Below are positions 16,465-29,284 of a DNA stretch of 64,000 nt, in pieces (the stretch's first letter is position 1; the number at the start of each line of letters is the position of its first letter). Under the pieces are notes generated by a model, which was not told the origin of the DNA, made no database searches, and saw nothing but the letters and a program-made list of their open reading frames with translations. The stretch comes from Tubiluchus corallicola (Eukaryota; Animalia; Priapulida), in assembly GCA_030141605.1 (NCBI GenBank), contig JAQGDQ010000847.1, forward strand, positions 24,318 to 88,317, given 5' to 3'. The translations under genes and the position numbers were made by a program.

Positions 16465-18872
16465 CAACAAAGAAAGGTCAGAACATTTTCATCAGCAAAA
16501 TATCGGTTGCATAAACATCTCTAAAAAGTATGCAAATGAATAATTAGTTTTTTAATTAGCAGTAGGACAGTAGGCAACTTCAGAAACTTAGCGAGAAAAG
16601 CACATGTTCCAAATATTGCACATTTAAACTCATTGTCCGAAAAAGTGCAAATTTATGCAAAAAATGAATACTGCAGATGTTCCATTACATGTTTTTGGGC
16701 ATTAAGAAAGAGGCATAGCTTACATTGTTGTAAGTTTACCAACTAAATATGTAGAGTTTGAGGTCACTCAAAAAAAGAATATAAAACACTATAAAACATT
16801 AAATATTTCTGCTATATCACTCAAATTATTTTAAAGTTTCAAGTATTACTTTCACAATTCACTGCATACATTGGAAAATAAAACATCCACACAGCCTAGA
16901 AAAAATTGTAGTTAAGTCAAACAGTAAGTTGTAAATAAAACTTCTAACCACTAAACAGATCTGCAGCAATTGATGTCTAACATAATGTCATTCATTTTCG
17001 TTGACTGCCCAATCAGTGCCTGCAAGTTATTTCACACTCCTGCAGAGCTTAATTAACGCAGGTATGTTCGCGACATTTATCTGCAGTTCCGTTTAGCACT
17101 GTTACGAAAAATGCTCAACTTTTCATTACCGGTAGTTAGTGGCAGAAGTGTTGGTCTCATTCTAGATTTTATTATTGTCAATTGAAATTGCACGTGAATT
17201 AGTGGAAATATATAGTCTAGTTTCGTTTATAGGAAGAACTGCACAACGCTTACGTCTATTAGTTGCTGATTAAATCATTTTGCAATCAAGAAAATACACA
17301 GTTTAGTTTAGTTTATGGCTTTGCAAGTTAGATAAAAACAACTATTTCATTAATTTCAAAAATAGGACAAAACAAAATGTTTTCTTTTCTGGTCAGTTAA
17401 TATATACCTCAATGAGATCTTCACAGTCAAAATTAATTCAAATGTGGTCAAAACCTATATTATACATCAATGTAATATTAGTTAATTTTACGCTATTTTT
17501 CTGGTTATAATCATGGTTAAAAGATGCCATTGGGACTTGTGTAACTCGGGCATTCAATATAAGGGTCATCTATTGGAATGGAACAATCAAATTTATTCCG
17601 TTTCCGTAGCCTAACAAATGGAAAAACACAAAAACTGAATAAATCTTGCATACGAGCACATGATCAGTTAGCATAGAAAAAATACATTGCAGGCATGATG
17701 TTCGTATGTTCAAAGGCAAGAAGACTTAATATTTTTGTTGCTCATTTATTGTAAAGCAAGGCTAACTGGCTTAGTTTCTTTATTATGATGGTGTCTATGA
17801 GTTTTGTAATGTTTTGAAACTTCGTCTCTACATTCTGTTTAAATTGAAAAGACTTTTTTGGCTACTTGAGGTGTTAATTTGGTGTAAAAATAGCTGCTGC
17901 TCTGCAAATTTATGAAAAAGTGCAATCAGTTTATCTGCTGATTAGACATTAGTTGTGATTGTCATGTTGTTTACTTTAGTTTAATTTCAACAATTGTTGT
18001 CCAATGGGAGCTGTTGTCCTGAATGCCGCTGAGCGTGCTAAAGTGCAACGGAGGCGGAGCGATAGACCAATATGTACGACGTCAATTATACTCTTATTAT
18101 GAATATCATCGCAAGGAATGAACGTTTGGTATTGATTAATACATATATGGTGTCTTCATATGTAACATGGTAAGTGCATGTGCTAGTTCACAATTTGAAC
18201 AAATTTAGCATTATTGTTTACAACATAATTTTTAGTTTGCTATACAAATGTATATAAAATTTTCTATAGAACTACAGTAAAATCAGCTAAAATTACACGA
18301 CGTTATTCAGTTCATTACTTCCTTGAAATTTACGCTATCTGTAATGCATGGTCAGAAGTTTGTCTCACTATTCATCATTCAGCTGATTAACCTGCAAGCA
18401 TCCTAATTCCTAAGAACATTCATCAGACAACTCCACAGATGATATCTGATCCCAAATCTGCTATTATCATCACAAAGACTCTATATAGAATTTATCGATT
18501 ACAAGTTTAAGACGCCAAGACAAAAGCAATCACCTTGACTGCCATAATGACATGCATTATTTGATGTACAAAAATGACAAGTAAAAAACAAAACAAACAA
18601 ACTATTTTTTGCTGCTATATAAATTTAAAATATCGGACACTAACAATTTCAACTATATGCATAAATTATTTACGTTAAAAAAGTGTACAACTAGTACATA
18701 AATGCAGGTAAAATGTTCACTCAGGTAAAAACATACCACAAGCACTTGTCACTATAAGAAACTAGTGTGACTTGTTTCTCTCAAACCATAAGCTCTGAGC
18801 ACACATGCAGTTTTAATTGACTGACATCCAGTTACACTACCTATGAGATACTCGCGCAGACTTTAACAGGTG

Positions 18873-18957
18873 GTGTGTGTGTGTGTGTGTGTATTGTGCA
18901 TGCGTGTGTGTGTGTGTGTGTGTGTGTGCGTGTGTATTGTGCATGCGTGTGTGTGTG
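18873..18957. repeat. (GT)n microsatellite with internal duplication
   Basis: TG runs interrupted twice by ATTGTGCATGC. Confidence 0.92.
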
Positions 18958-19612
18958 ACTTTATAATTCTTCACCCTGACACTGCCATTGATTTTAACCA
19001 ACAGTCACAAAAGCCTCACTGCATATCAACATGAGACATATGACCTACATACAGCCAAAGCTGTTAACATGCAAAAGTGACAAATTGATTAATTACTTGC
19101 TACCTATAAAGGCTATACACATATCTATGCTGGCATAAGCTTAATGTGCTAGCTAATCACATCATTATATTGTATACATTAGGCAGGCAGACTTCGAAAA
19201 TAAATGAAAACTGCCCTCAAAACATGTAAACACAGCAATGATCCAGTAAAAAACTAGCCACTTCTATGCCAGTGACTTGTCAGCATCACTTCTGAGCAAA
19301 GCTAGCTGAATACCCATGTTTTTAAAATGTGGGATATCTATAATCAGTTTGTTGTTTATCTTTTAGTGACTAATTTACAACCGATATTGCTTGAAATTAA
19401 TTCTGCTTTGTTTAAAATGATTGTTGGAACATCCGTGTAACTTGGTTTAATTACCGACAATCATTTCTCATAATCAATGTAATTGCGAGAAGCACGCCAT
19501 CAGCATCGAACACACTTCTGAACAAACATGTATATGCCCTTTAAGGTAGTATATTGTAAGATTTTTTGGGGGTAGCATATTATAATATCTTCAAATTTGT
19601 GCTAAGGATGTA

Positions 19613-19780
19613 CAGGGTGTTTGGAAAGTCACTGTGCACTCATATATTTATTAACAGACATGTTTCAATATAGAATAAAGGCGAATAAATATGAATGGCA
19701 ATTATAAACAATGTTGAAAGTGATCCCCGTTGACATCAATACATTCTTGGATCCTTCTTATTTTGTTTCTAAATACCGCT
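19613..19780. mobile_element. Tc1/mariner-like terminal fragment
   Basis: TA|CAGGGTGTTTGGAAAGTCACTGTGCACT resembles a mariner-type terminus; no partner TIR found; abuts the broken end of the CR1 copy. Confidence 0.45.
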
Positions 19781-19789
19781 ATCGGGATC

Positions 19790-22700
19790 AAAAGCTCAAA
19801 TGTAAAACAAAAATTTGACTCACTACCACTGATCATGACATTTTGCCTTCTATTACACAGCAATTCTTCTATCCAGCTAAGATTTTACCACTTATTCCAT
19901 AAGCTCCTAGCTTGACAAGTAATCTCTGATGTGGTACGCTGTCAAAAGCCTTTTGAAACGCAATCAACAGGATGTTTATTGTCGAGCATATGCATCCAGT
20001 CTTGTAAAATCTCTAGCAACTGAGTCACACAAGATTTACCAGAAGAAAACATATGCTGTTGAGCACTGAACAAATTATTGGATTCCATATGAATGACCCC
20101 AACATCATGTATAAAAGATTCAAGGACTTTTATGAGTATGATGTTAAGCTTATTGGTCTGTAATTTGTCACTGATTTCTTCCTACTCCTTTTAAGTAGAG
20201 GTTTCACTACAGCATCTTCCCACAGTTGAGGTAAGTACGACTTGTTCCAGGATTTGCTATAGAAAATGGCAAGTGGAACTGTTAACTCCTTGGCAATCTC
20301 TTTAAGTATTTTTGGACAGAATCCATCTGGACCAGGTGCCTTAGCTATTTTGAGCTTTTTTAGTTTCTCCTATACCCATTTCTTCAGTAATTCCACTGTA
20401 AGGAGCCTAGCTGTCACTTCTCGATCACTTAGTGTTGGCATATTTCTTAAATGCTCCTGCAAAAAAACACTGGTAAAGTATGATTTCATTATTTTCCTGA
20501 ACAATGACACCTATTTTGCTAGCTAGCTGTCTTGTTTTGCTTTTCACGTAATTCCAGAAACCTCTAGGATTTGCTTTCAAATTGCTTATCAAATCTTTCT
20601 CATAATTTTTCACTAATTTACAAATAACGTTCCTGAATACATTTTTTTCTCGAAAGTACCATCTATAATCATTTACCCTTTTAGACATTGAATAGCGCAT
20701 CCACAAGTGATTTTTTCTTCTTAACCTGCTTCACTGCTGTTTTGTTCATCCATATATTCTTTCTACTGTTTCTGGAATTTCTTTTCAGCAGTGCATTTAA
20801 TGGAATTTTCTAAGACAGTACTTATGGCAACGAAAGATGCTTCAGCTTCTTTATTTTGTTGTTGAGCAACCCAATCAATGTTTGCAATGTTGTTTCTGAT
20901 ATTGTTGTAATTTGTTTTGTTCAGGTCTGATTAAGGTAGAGCGCAATGAGAAGTATCCCCATAACATTGAATTTGCCTGTTACCTATCGGAGGAAGACTT
21001 TCAATATCATTTACAAGATTCTCCTCATTTGTTAAGACCAAATCCAAAACATGAGGCTCTTCCCCAGAGCGAAGCCTTGATGCAAAAATGCATGCTGAAA
21101 AAAGAAGCAGTCTTTGAAGCATTCCACAAATTCTTATTCATAGATAACTCTACTTGACCAAGTAACCCAGTTAACTTTAGGAAAATTAAAATCTCGTATT
21201 ACCAATTTGTGTGAAAACAGATTATTCAAGCTGCACTCCCTCAATAGATTTTCCATGGCAGTATTGTTTGCATGACTGTATGAACGGCTTCCGATTAAAC
21301 ATCCAACCAATAGTTTGTCTTTGCCTTTACGGTTCAACTTATCCACACATGATCAGGTACACCAATCAAGTTATCAAAACAATCTTCAAGCGAAGCATTT
21401 AAACTACTTTTTATATAAATACAAACACCTCTTTGACAATTTTTACTTATATTTGAAAAAATATCATACCTTCAATCTAAAGAACACACTGTTCAGCACT
21501 AAAACAGCATTTCTGGCAAAATTTCAGACACTGCAAAATGTCAATGTCATGGGTAACTAATAATAACTTTAATTCACTTAAATTGTTCTTCAGAGAATCT
21601 GTGTTAGTATACATGCACATCAAATAACTGCTAGTGGATGCTTCTGTACATATTTACAAGAACTTTTGTTACAAATAGAACTAGCTGTTTGTCAGTCAGC
21701 TTCACTGGCACTACCAGAGCTCTTGATGTGATGGCTTGATAAAGGAGGAAAGTCAGTGTCAGAATTTTCAGGATCAATACGAAATATGACTTTGCCTTGC
21801 TTCATAAGGACATTTTGTCCCTTTGCTTTTCTCTCTTTAAATTCCTTTGCAATCATTTGATTCTTCTCCCTTTTGAATTTTGTCAGGTTGAGATGAATAA
21901 CTTAGAATATCATGACGCTTTTTTCAGAATTTCTTTTTTCTTCCAAAAATGGTTAGCAGAATTTTTTTTCAAAAATTGCATTTTGTTTTCTGCAAATTTG
22001 CCTAACCTGCGAACTTTATCAATTTTAATTCCTTTAATCTTCAAATACTCAAAAAGTTCAGCTACTTGTTGTTTGTACTGAGGCATCCTTTCGTCTGAAA
22101 ATTCAGGTGCAAAATTAAATTTAATCTCCTCCTTTCTTTGTCCTGGATCTCAAAAACTGTAATTTTGACAGAATTCACTTCTGACTTCCCAACTTTTTCT
22201 TTGTTGCTTATGGAAGCGGCTTCTTTAGTTGACTGGCACGTATTTTCAATCTGGCTGAACTTAATGGTTAATTCTGCTAAAGATGCCTTAACATCTTGAA
22301 CACTGCTAGCTAAGTTTGCTATGTCAGTTTTGTCTACTTTTTCAACAAACAAACTGTTGTACTCATCGACTTTCTGTTTAATTTTCTTGACATTTGCCAG
22401 TAACTTAATGATGTCTTTTTCTAGATCCATAGCTGTACCATTGCAATTTTCACAGTACCAATGCAGGTAGTGCTCAGGTGCCTTTAAAACTGATGTATGA
22501 GGCAACACTTACATTACCGCATTTAATGTGGTACCAGTTGCACATACTTTGCAGCACATCACAGGATGATATTGAAGAACTGTCAATAAACATACTGAGA
22601 AAACAGCAAAATTTTCACTGTTGAAACTGTCAAGAATCATATGTCTAACTTCCTCTTTTTCATTTTGAGACTTAGCAGGATTGAATTTTGAATCGCCATG

Positions 22701-22830
22701 TTGCATGTTAGTTTTACTTACAGAAATAGTGTTTGACCTTGTCTCTCTATGATTGTTTGACATATTGTTACTAGAATTCATAATAATTAACTCTGGTGTG
22801 AAAATGACAGTCAATAAATGTGACAGTCAA
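19790..22830 (-). mobile_element. Degenerate CR1-like LINE: PHD-finger ORF1 plus endonuclease and N-terminal RT, 3' end lost
   Basis: ORF1 remnants CCKVC...LHWYCENC with coiled coil and ERRRLNLIL; ORF2 remnants RDFNFPKVNW, PHVLDLVLTNE, KANPRGFWNYVKSK, KAPGPDG, SCVTQLLE; many stops and frameshifts. Confidence 0.85.
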
Positions 22831-23104
22831 GCGAAAAGAAACACACTAAAAATTGCAAAGCCCCATTTTGGTTTCATATAACTTAGCAAAATGTATGCAC
22901 TGTATGCCAGCACAGAACCCAGAATGTATGGGTGATTAATCAGATGAACTTCATATTACTTAAAAGAAATATATTCTGAAGCGGTACAACTTTTCGCGAA
23001 TAGATTTTAGACATTTTAAACACAACAAATTTGTGTCTGCTCACAGGTGGTACCCCACTTGGAGCACATTCATGTTATTTTGTTGTACTCATCTGTTGTA
23101 CTTC

Positions 23105-23955
23105 ATGTTTTTGTTGACAATTATAGTTGTGCAAATGCCTTTCGTTCGTTGTACTGCTTAATCATTTTGTACTCCTGTGTACTGTGCATCATTATGGAAT
23201 ACATATTCAGCTAAAGATATAATCAATTGCATTAAAGCTATGTAACCACTTTGAAATTGCTAAGTAATCCGAGGACTACTCTTTACATGAACACAGACTA
23301 AAATTAAAAACAAATAATTAATCAGCTAGAATAGCGAAATTTCTGGGTGAATTGCGGAGCGTACAAGGCGAGACCGTATTTCCAGCAAGCGCATACGCGC
23401 AACTGCCTACTCTATGTCTTATGCCAGCATAGATATCAACAAAAAGGCCAAAGTAGCCCAAACAATCTTTACACTTCTTCGCAGTGATATGGCCATTGAT
23501 ATTAAACAACAACTCACGAAAACGTTACTACCTACAGGGGGTAAATATCACTCCTTCATGATATGTTTCCTGCAGAAAATAAATGGATTCTAAAAAACCA
23601 AATGCAAGTAATTCTAATATCGAATTTGATATCGAGAAAAACAAAGTATCGCCCACAAGCCACGAAATCTTATGCCCAAATTTCTTCCGCCACTGAAGAT
23701 TTGCGCTGCGGTGACGACCAACCGCTTTAATATTTGGCCCTAGACCTTAAATTTAATAAGCGTGTAAGTGTAATTATTTATCAAGATTCGGGGCACCCTC
23801 TCGCAAAACATTTCCACTAGTGACATTATGTTCAGTCCTCAGGACTGAAGATACATTTCCTAATGATGCATAGCACACAGGAGTAAAAAAAAATAGGAAG
23901 AGGTATATAATAAATAAAGGGCATTTCCACAACTATAATTGTCGACAAAAACAAA
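23105..23955. repeat. Inverted repeat pair (~110 bp arms at ~23105-23212 and ~23843-23955)
   Basis: TTTTTGTTGACAATTATAGTTGTGCAAATGCC...ACTCCTGTGTACTGTGCATCATTA matches the reverse complement of TAATGATGCATAGCACACAGGAGT...GGCATTTCCACAACTATAATTGTCGACAAAAA. Confidence 0.8.
23532..23730 (-). promoter_or_regulatory. Candidate non-coding first exon / promoter region of the PKI gene
   Basis: Locally CpG-rich segment with a minus-strand donor (TGTAG|GTAGT at ~23531). The link to PKI is inferred only from position and strand. Confidence 0.3.
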
Positions 23956-25243
23956 AACCACAATAGAACATTTCACAGAAAACCACAAGAATTTTGACGC
24001 ATGGTCATGATTTAAGTCTTGATTTGTGCAAAATTTATGCAGAAAATTGAAGTACACTCAATCAGAGACTTAATGGAAACCATTAATTTTAACAAAAATT
24101 TGAGAAATGAAGTACCTAAAATTAGCAAAGAATGATTAACAGCTATACATGTGATATGTCGACAAATAAATTTGCTTAGTCTTAAACGTCTCGATTTCAA
24201 AAAAGGCAAAAATAAATTTTCCACAGTGATGTATAATGGACGCAGCAAAAATGATTAAAAGAAAAGCTTTTTCAGGTAATAAATTCAAATTTATGCTATT
24301 GTATGTGGGTACATACTTTATATATTTAAACTGTACGACTAGACATTACATTTTTTGCATGTGTGTACATTTTTGCGCTGCAGCAACAAAAATGATAAAA
24401 TTAATTTTAAATTCCTGTAACTAAAAATTTCTTAAAAATACAACAAACTTGAAGGTGATTAAAGTACCAAAATTGTTTTTCTAATTACTGTAAGATAAAA
24501 ATTCTAAAACAAATGTGAATATTCTTGCGGCTGACAATAGACTAATACGAAGATGGCAGATTATACATAATCTTGTAACTCGCATCTCAGATCCAATATT
24601 GTTCCAAACATATCCTCTGCGGAACAATTGGGATAATGCTAAAAATTGGGAATTTAGAATGATATAATTTAGGACCATGCAAGCCACTGCCTCCTACAAG
24701 CGCTTTTAATTTTGTTCATTACAAACTTTAATTTTCAAGCTTGTCATTAATAATGATGTAGTAAAATGCATTGTTACTTAGGTGCACAACACTAATTTAA
24801 TGAAACTAATTTCTTGCATTATTTTCATGCCAATATGTATGTATGTGATTTATCCACGATAAAATGGAACTGTCGTCTTGCAGCAAACACGTTTCACTTT
24901 CGTTTCGCTATATAAATCTTTCTAAGATATACACCATTTCAGCCAGATACTACTAATGTGATACATTTTTGCTAATAAATTCTATTGTATGCAACTATTG
25001 AGCAGTAGAGCAGAGCAGATTACTGCAATAGCATTTATCTAATTATGGCATATAAACTTATAAGAACTTGAAGCCTTAAGGCTTCAAGAATTAATGCGGG
25101 AAACGAATGCAAAACAGCTGGTGAACATTCAATTATTTGAAGAGAAAAAAGATTCGCTAATGAAGTGTTTGCAACTAGACCGGAGTTATGGTTGTAAAGA
25201 TTATGAAAATAGTGCAATGGAAATACTTTAAAAAGAGGAGTTA

Positions 25244-28200
25244 TATATATATATATATATATTAATTCTTTATTTGTCATAAAAATGGTTCACTCATTGT
25301 AATAAAATTGAGTAAGCCTCAGCGTAATGTTAAAATAACCACACTGTTCAAGACAAATGCGTTCAGTGCATACTAAAAAACTAAAGTGCAAAACTATATA
25401 CAATAAATGAACATATTTACAAACACCATATTAAAATATTTTTACAAAACAATTTTACGAAAGTACATTAAATTTTACATGACATATTTTACACTATATA
25501 TACATTTGATATGACACAATTAACAGAAACATGCTTTACATTACATAAATTTCACTCATTACATTTACACTATTTATACATTTGACATTACAAAACTAAC
25601 ATAACACGTATTACATTACATTTTTTTTCAAATTTCATTTTTAATCGTTATATGGAGTCAGGGGCGGGGGTAGATGAAAGTGGAGTCTGTGTAATTAGTA
25701 TCAGATGCACAATGTGGAAGTTGAAACCTGTTATATTGATATTCTTTTAATCTCTTTTTAAAGTGGTGGAGAGATTCTATTTGTTTTATTTCACTGGGTA
25801 GTAGGTTCCATAAATGTATGGCCTGTTTTGATATAGAGTTATTTCCAAATTTATTGTGTACTGTAATTTGCTTTAAATTGTAGTGTTTAAGTGTTTAATG
25901 TGGTATCAGGAATGAATGCTAAGGGTTTGTTTATAAATGGAATGCTCAGTTTATTTATATATTTATAAAGAAATATCAGTGTTTTGTAATCTCGATAGGC
26001 TTCTAATATTGGTATTTTTATGGACGTTCTTAAGCTTGTTGCAGAAGCAGCATGTTGTTTAGCAGTTTTGTTAGAGTAGCCATGAATTAATCTAAGTGCG
26101 TAGTTTTGCATTGTATTTAGTTTTCTAAAGTTTTCATATTTAACGTTTTGAAGTAAAGTGCAACCATATAGATAATGTGGTAATATAAGACTTTTGTAGA
26201 TGGGAATTTTTGTTTTTTTTGGTTAGATGGCCTCTGGTTTGGCGTAAGAATGTCGTGCTTAATGCCATCTTGTTGTGTATTTGATGAAACTGTTCATCCC
26301 AAGTGAGTTTATTGTCGACAGTAATGCCTAAAAATTTTACAGTTTTTGCTTGTTCTATGGAAGAGTCACCTACTTTTAGTGTTGCATTAGAAGAAATAAT
26401 GTCATTTGATTTGGGTGATATTACCATAAATTCTGTCTTATCATCATTCATTTTTAAACCAAAATAGTTAAATGCTGCATTTATATTTGTTATGTCTTTT
26501 TCTAGATTATTTTTTGATGTTAGAAAGTCTGCGTGTGCTGTATAGATAGTTGTATCATCAGCATATTGTGTTAAGTCTGAATTATGTAAAACTAAATGAA
26601 TTTTATTAACGTATAAACAAAAGAGTAAAGGACCTAATATCATACCTTGCGGGATGCCTCTCTGTGGTGTGTCCCATGTTGAAAAAGTGTGTTTGCTCAA
26701 CTTGACTCTTTGTTTTCTATTGTGTAGGTAATTATTAATTAGTTTGAGAGAAGTATAATCGAATCCTAGTTGGCGTAAGTTGTCTAGTAGTAAATTGTGA
26801 TCAAGGCTGTCAAAAGCTTTACTTAGATCTAAAAATGCTGCTGTTATATATTTATTTTTATTTAAGTTGTAACGCCACTTTTCAGTGGCATCAATTATCG
26901 CGTCTATTGTAGAATGTAGTTTTCTAAAACTAAATTGATGATTTGACAGTAACTTATTATTTCCAATGTAATGGTTTATTTGGTTGTAGATAACTCTTTC
27001 AAATACTTTTGGCTAGTACGTGCACTACTGAGATTGGTCTGTAGTTTTTAGCATCATCTTTAGCATCTTTCTTGTGTATTGGAGTTATGTTTGCTTGTTT
27101 ACACACTGCTGGAAATTCTGAGTGCATTAAGACTTGGTTTGTGAGATATGTTAGATGAGGAGTAATGATGCTGGTACAATCTTTTAAGATTTTTATTAGC
27201 ATATCTGAGGGTCCACTTCCTTTATTTATATTTAAACTGTTTAATATTCTAAAGATGTCGTATTCTGTGACGCTAGTAAATGAGAAAGTGGATTGTGTTA
27301 CTGTTTGGTTTTTGTATATATTGTGTATATTTGCATTATGTTGGTGTGGCAAGTTGTCAAATTTTCCGAGATTGATAAATGTGGAATTTAATTTGTTAGC
27401 AATGTCAACTGGATCAGATATTATACTGTCATTTTCTCGTAAACTGTTTATTTGTAATTGATCGTTTCTATATCTGTTAAGTACGTCATTAATTAAACGC
27501 CATTTTTGCTTAGGTGTAGTTGCATCATTGCATTTATGAATATAATATTTATTTTTGAGTTTCCTGTTGTAGTTATTAAATTTATTTCGTGCCTTTTTGT
27601 AATCATTGTAATTGCTTTTACCTTTTAAATGTAAATATGTTCTATATAATTCATTTTTATTGTGTCTTAGTTTTGCGAGTTCTGTATCCACCCAAGGGCA
27701 AGCAAATTTTGCATTAAATTGTTGCTGATGTATTTTAATTTTTTTATACGGTGCATAGATATCCAGGCAGTATTCGATATTATTTATTAGTGTGTTTATT
27801 TGTATGTCAATGTCAGTGATTGTGTAAATATTACTCCAGTCCAGTTTGGTTAAAGTATCTTGAACTATATCTTTATTATATGTAGAATAATCTCTGACTG
27901 TTTTCCAGACTGTGCCTGTATTGTTTTTGGTTAGTTCTTTTTTGTCTACTATTATTATAAAATCATGATCAGAATAATCACACGAGAAGTTTTCCTGTAC
28001 TTGGAAATTGTCTTTAGCGTTTGAGATAAAGTGGTCTATGGTAGTAGATGATGTTTTAGTGATTCTTGTGGGTTTATTACTTGCGTTTAGTATTTGCGTG
28101 TTATATTGGTCCAAGACTTCTTTATACTTTTCGCACTGAGCAGTATTTGTTGCATTAATATCGATATTAAAATCCCCCATTAATAAAACTGGTTGATTTT

Positions 28201-28993
28201 CAAGTACAGCACGTTCAAGTTCAATTTCAAAATGTTTTAGAAAAGTTTTATATTTTTGATTTGGTGGCTTATAAATGACACCTACAATGTAGTTTTCGAT
28301 ATTATACCAAATTGATTCTATTTTGTTAGTTTTAATTCCTTTGGCTTCGTTAAATGACATGTGTTTTGGGATGTACATTGCAACCCCTCCTCCACGTTTA
28401 TGTGTGGGACGGTCTCGACGTATGAGTGTATGATGAGGCAGTTGTATGGAGGCACTAGGTATTTGCTTGTGTAGCCAAGTTTCGGTTATTCCAACGACTA
28501 AATTTTCAGATGAACGAACTGTGTCTTTAAGCAATGCATGTTTTTTTGTCAGACTTTGTATATTGATACATAGAAATTTCAAATTCTTTTTATGTTTTTG
28601 CATAAAATCTGCCAGCTCTAGATCAATGTGGTTTTGCGTGGGGGTTTGATTTAAGGGACCTGGATTAGTTTCAGTACAACCAATTATAAGCAACATTTTT
28701 AATACTGTTAGAAAATAATCATGGTTACAATTATTTTTAATTAGGTAGGGGAGTACACGTAATAAAGTAGGGGAGTACTGAACTTGTAGTATAAATCTCT
28801 AGTATCTGAAAGTGTGCACTTTCTCACAGATGAATACAGTGAAATAGAAGCAGAATAGCAAAAATTTACGCACGAGTTATTTTCGATCCGATTTTGAGAT
28901 ATTATTACGCAGCAAGACGTGCATACACGTTTCAGTGTACCAGAGGTTGGCACTGGACACATCTGTCTTGAGTTTGTATCTTGAATTTGTCTT
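25244..28993 (-). mobile_element. Near full-length L2/Crack-like LINE: APE endonuclease + RT, no ORF1, 2A-like N-terminal motif
   Basis: ORF 28696-26999 has GITETWL, RGGGVAMY, GDFNID, TIDHF, SDHD and NYRPIS. After a +1 shift come FLDLSKAFD, GIPQGMILGPLLF, YADDTT and KFLGITVD. Three frameshifts (~27008, ~26215, ~25890). AATAAA plus (TA)n tail at ~25244-25275; possible TSD GAGTTA (25238-25243 / 28994-28999). Confidence 0.92.
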
Positions 28994-29284
28994 GAGTTAG
29001 GGATTAAAAAAATTTCAGGGAAAATGTTGAGAGAAAAAGTATGTACATGAAGAGTATATGTACAGACGTACGCACGTATATGTATGTACGTACAGCAGAA
29101 ATTTTGATTGCTCCTGACGACCCAAATTGAATGGGATCATACATTCAATTTCAATTTCAGTTAACACAAAGCTGTAATTGGTACTTAATACAATATAATA
29201 CACATATGAGCCTAACACCTAGGTACAGTTATACTATATATACAACAAAAATGCAATTTTAAGATTGGGGTACCGTAAGGAAAC

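Noticed and set aside
23419-23496. 25-aa hydrophobic smORF MAISLRRSVKIVWATLAFLLISMLA (- strand)
   Set aside because: No homology recognised, and it lies downstream of a putative splice donor; such smORFs are frequent in T-rich DNA.
27165-28649. Plus-strand ORFs over the LINE (also antisense ORFs over DOLK, APH-1, SERINC and the mucin exon)
   Set aside because: Antisense shadows of real coding sequence.
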